From the NCBI GenBank assembly GCA_950097015.1, contig CATNEN010000008.1:4340001-4404000 (forward strand): 64,000 nt of DNA, given 5' to 3'. Of this stretch, positions 60,993 through 64,000 are shown piece by piece; within the stretch, counting starts at the first letter, position 1; every line of letters begins with the position of its first letter. The DNA is from Macrostomum hystrix. Its lineage: Eukaryota; Animalia; Platyhelminthes. A program made the position numbers and the translations under genes. The notes under the pieces are model-generated. The model was given only the letters and a program-made list of their open reading frames with translations, searched no databases and was not told the origin of the DNA.

Positions 60993-63345
60993 TAACTTGC
61001 ACGAATTTATGAAGCAAGCTAATAATATTTAATAGCATCATATTTGTTCCTCAACAACATCATATTTTGAGCATAGCAATGTGCTACGATTGTGGTAAGT
61101 TCCTTTTTTAACTTACAATTAGGTGCAAATTTGCATTTTTTATTCGTAAAAGCAAACGTAAAATTAATGCTTTCCTCTTGCATGTACGAGCAAAAAGCCA
61201 CTGTGCGCAGACACGCATACCACACCTTGCAATTGTATGAATTCATTCATTCATTTTGCTTTTTGCACTTGGGGGTTGCTGCATGCCTTGCTTTTTTGCC
61301 AGTCTATCAGTCCTTGCTACTCTCCCAGACGGGGGGTTCGCCTGTTGTTTAGCGAGGCCGTCCTCCATTCCCACAGGACTGCCATGCCATGCAGTCCCTC
61401 CTCTGACTTGGCCTGGGGGCTGTGTCCTCATGAGGTCAAACCCTTCCTCTCACCCCACCCCTATTGCATGACGAAAGCACTTGTCCTAGCTGGGTCCGCC
61501 CAATTCCTTTCCTTCCTTACCCTCCGGTGAGGCTTTGGTTGGGGCCGAGGTCTTGCGACATTGCGTCGTTGGACCGATGCGTTGCGTGTGCGGTTGGGGG
61601 GCTGCACTGGGCCTACACCCTCCGCGGTCGCAGTGTACACTGCCGGATCTATTGGTTGCATAATTCTTGTGCAATAAGAGGGGGTTGTTTGGAGAAGTCC
61701 TTTATCGCAAACCCCCCTCCGCGCTTAAAACAGTCTAGTTCCTTCCTACCGCGCGCAAAGCTTTGGATAAGGGGGACGGGCTCTCCAATCCAAAACCCTG
61801 CCCCAACTATCTATTTGCACACACACAAACCACTCTGTACACTTTAAGGGGAGGGAGGGGTGGCTGTCTAGGGGTTGGTGGGGACTGAGGGAGAGAAGTT
61901 TGGAAGAGAAGGGGGCCGTGTCCTGATCTGACAAGGCCGCGTGTGGACTGGCGTTTACCCTCCTCCCTTTTTTACTATACGACACATAACACAGCGCGCA
62001 CGCGGGCGCGTTCTCGCACTCTCTTTCTCCTCTGTCTTTCCTGTCTGACCCATGCCAATACGGCAATAGCTTGAATCTTCTCCAAGCGCTCCCCCGCTCC
62101 GTCATACCTCTCTTCCCCCCTCACTCCCGTTTTTACTCTTAATAATAAGGCTCCAGTTAACGCAATAGCGAGGCCCAGACACAAGAGACCTAATAAATAG
62201 CAGTGCAAAAGAAGGAGTAGGACAAGTTCAGTAACGCCCGTAACGGAAGGTAGTAGTTTAGTTAGAATCGCTAGTGAGAAGTCTCCTTGTTGCGTGGCGT
62301 GGCATCCAGTTTGTTTTTTTAGATTAAAAATTCGCAGATTGTTTGCATATGTGTAACAAAGTAGAACTATGAAATAATAGCAAAATAAAGAAATAGACAA
62401 AGAGTAATAAGGCAGTCTAAAGTTACACGATCCTAAGCGGTCAACAAAAATAGATCCCATTGTTCCTATTATTTTGGTTGCCATCCAGTCCTAACATTAC
62501 GCTATCTGCATGAACAGGCGCCGATTACCCGTTATTCAATTCGTGCATCAGGCCGACCCAAAGGGAGTTGTCGCCAGGTAAGTCAGATAACCCAGGTGTA
62601 TTTATTTAATTATCCTGTACTTACAGTTTACAGTAAACGAACCCCACTTAGCATCTCACAGTAGCACTTAAGGGAACAGCTGGTTCGGTGGGGTGGAGTC
62701 TGTCTGGCCAGATCACGAAGACAAATTCCGAACAAACTAGATATATAAAAGTGCACGCTGCCACTGGGATCCGACCGCGTGGGAGAAAGGATTTTTTCGA
62801 GCCTCAATTCGGATGGTTCGTTGAGGTAACGGAGGACTCGTCGAGGGGGGGTCCGTCCGGGCCTCAAGCTGATTACGCGAACAGCGACGGGCCGTGGGCT
62901 TTGAGTTGGGACGGGAGAGGGAGAAAAATAGACGATTCGATAGGCCCTTCCACTATTCCTCTATGGAGGCGCGTCCTGATTCTCTCCCATCTCACCATAC
63001 GTATGTGTGTATATAGCTAACTGCCGGCATTCTCTCATCTTCCCCCAATTTCCAATTCTACATTTGGGTGAGCTGTGGGGCCAGCGAGCGGGCGGAGGAG
63101 GGATAAGAGTACGGGGGAGGGGCTAGAGCCTCCCATTCAAATCAATAGAGAGGGGTAGACGCTTGGCTGCTGGGCAAGATGTGCTGCTCATTCAAGCATT
63201 CCCCGGCCATTTAAAACTGTTTTCACCCTGCGCTGTTAGTCCCTCTTGTCCTCGATCTCTTCAAGCTAATCATTTGTCGATCAAGTTGATCATCCCAATC
63301 TTCTATTATGTACTTCATGTTATAAAACTTAAAAGCAGCTTAGCA

Positions 63346-64000
63346 GCTGACCAAAATCATTGATGAGGTGATGCTGCTGACCAAAATCATTGATGAGGTG
63401 ATGCTGCTGACCAAAATCATTGATGAGGTGATGCTGCTGACCAAAATCATTGATGAGGTGATGCTGCTGACCAAAATCATTGATGAGGTGATGCTGCTGA
63501 CCAAAATCATTGATGAGGTGATGCTGCTGACCAAAATCATTGATGAGGTGATGCTGCTGACCAAAATCATTGATGAGGTGATGCTGCTGACCAAAATCAT
63601 TGATGAGGTGATGCTGCTGACCAAAATCATTGATGAGGTGATGCTGCTGACCAAAATCATTGATGAGGTGATGCTGCTGACCAAAATCATTGATGAGGTG
63701 ATGCTGCTGACCAAAATCATTGATGAGGTGATGCTGCTGACCAAAATCATTGATGAGGTGATGCTGCTGACCAAAATCATTGATGAGGTGATGCTGCTGA
63801 CCAAAATCATTGATGAGGTGATGCTGCTGACCAAAATCATTGATGAGGTGATGCTGCTGACCAAAATCATTGATGAGGTGATGCTGCTGACCAAAATCAT
63901 TGATGAGGTGATGCTGCTGACCAAAATCATTGATGAGGTGATGCTGCTGACCAAAATCATTGATGAGGTGATGCTGCTGACCAAAATCATTGATGAGGTG
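63346..64000. repeat. Perfect 30-bp satellite GCTGACCAAAATCATTGATGAGGTGATGCT, about 22 copies, runs off the window end
   Basis: No variant unit seen. Confidence 0.97.

Overview
Eukaryotic (metazoan) genomic DNA with GC3-rich exons, GT-AG introns and about 30 unrelated minisatellite or microsatellite arrays that fill nearly half of the window. This organisation resembles the flatworm Macrostomum, which is an inference and not proven. Three spliced genes were reconstructed by hand. (1) A 10-exon transportin/karyopherin-beta2 (TNPO1/2 type, minus strand, 35684->23895, about 913 aa). (2) A head-to-head 4-exon tektin-2/tektin-B1 (plus, 36679-39852, 422 aa). (3) A 2-exon divergent PH + IRS-type PTB adaptor-like gene (plus, 51496-53289, about 483 aa). 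Mobile elements are a non-autonomous hAT (Charlie/MER58-like ends, 8-bp TSD) at 13280-14514 with a minisatellite inside, two copies of a tRNA-Val-like SINE (37863-38190 and 51778-52070), and a second tRNA/CORE-like SINE fragment (37740-37847, minus). The main observations are that a SINE head supplies the best splice donor of the adaptor gene's intron, the adaptor's C-terminal tail has no tyrosine, tandem decoy 3' splice sites sit in a transportin intron, and unrelated intronic arrays share an ATCCC core on the sense strand. Almost all long ORFs in the supplied track are by-products of tandem repeats. No prokaryotic features or CRISPR arrays were found.
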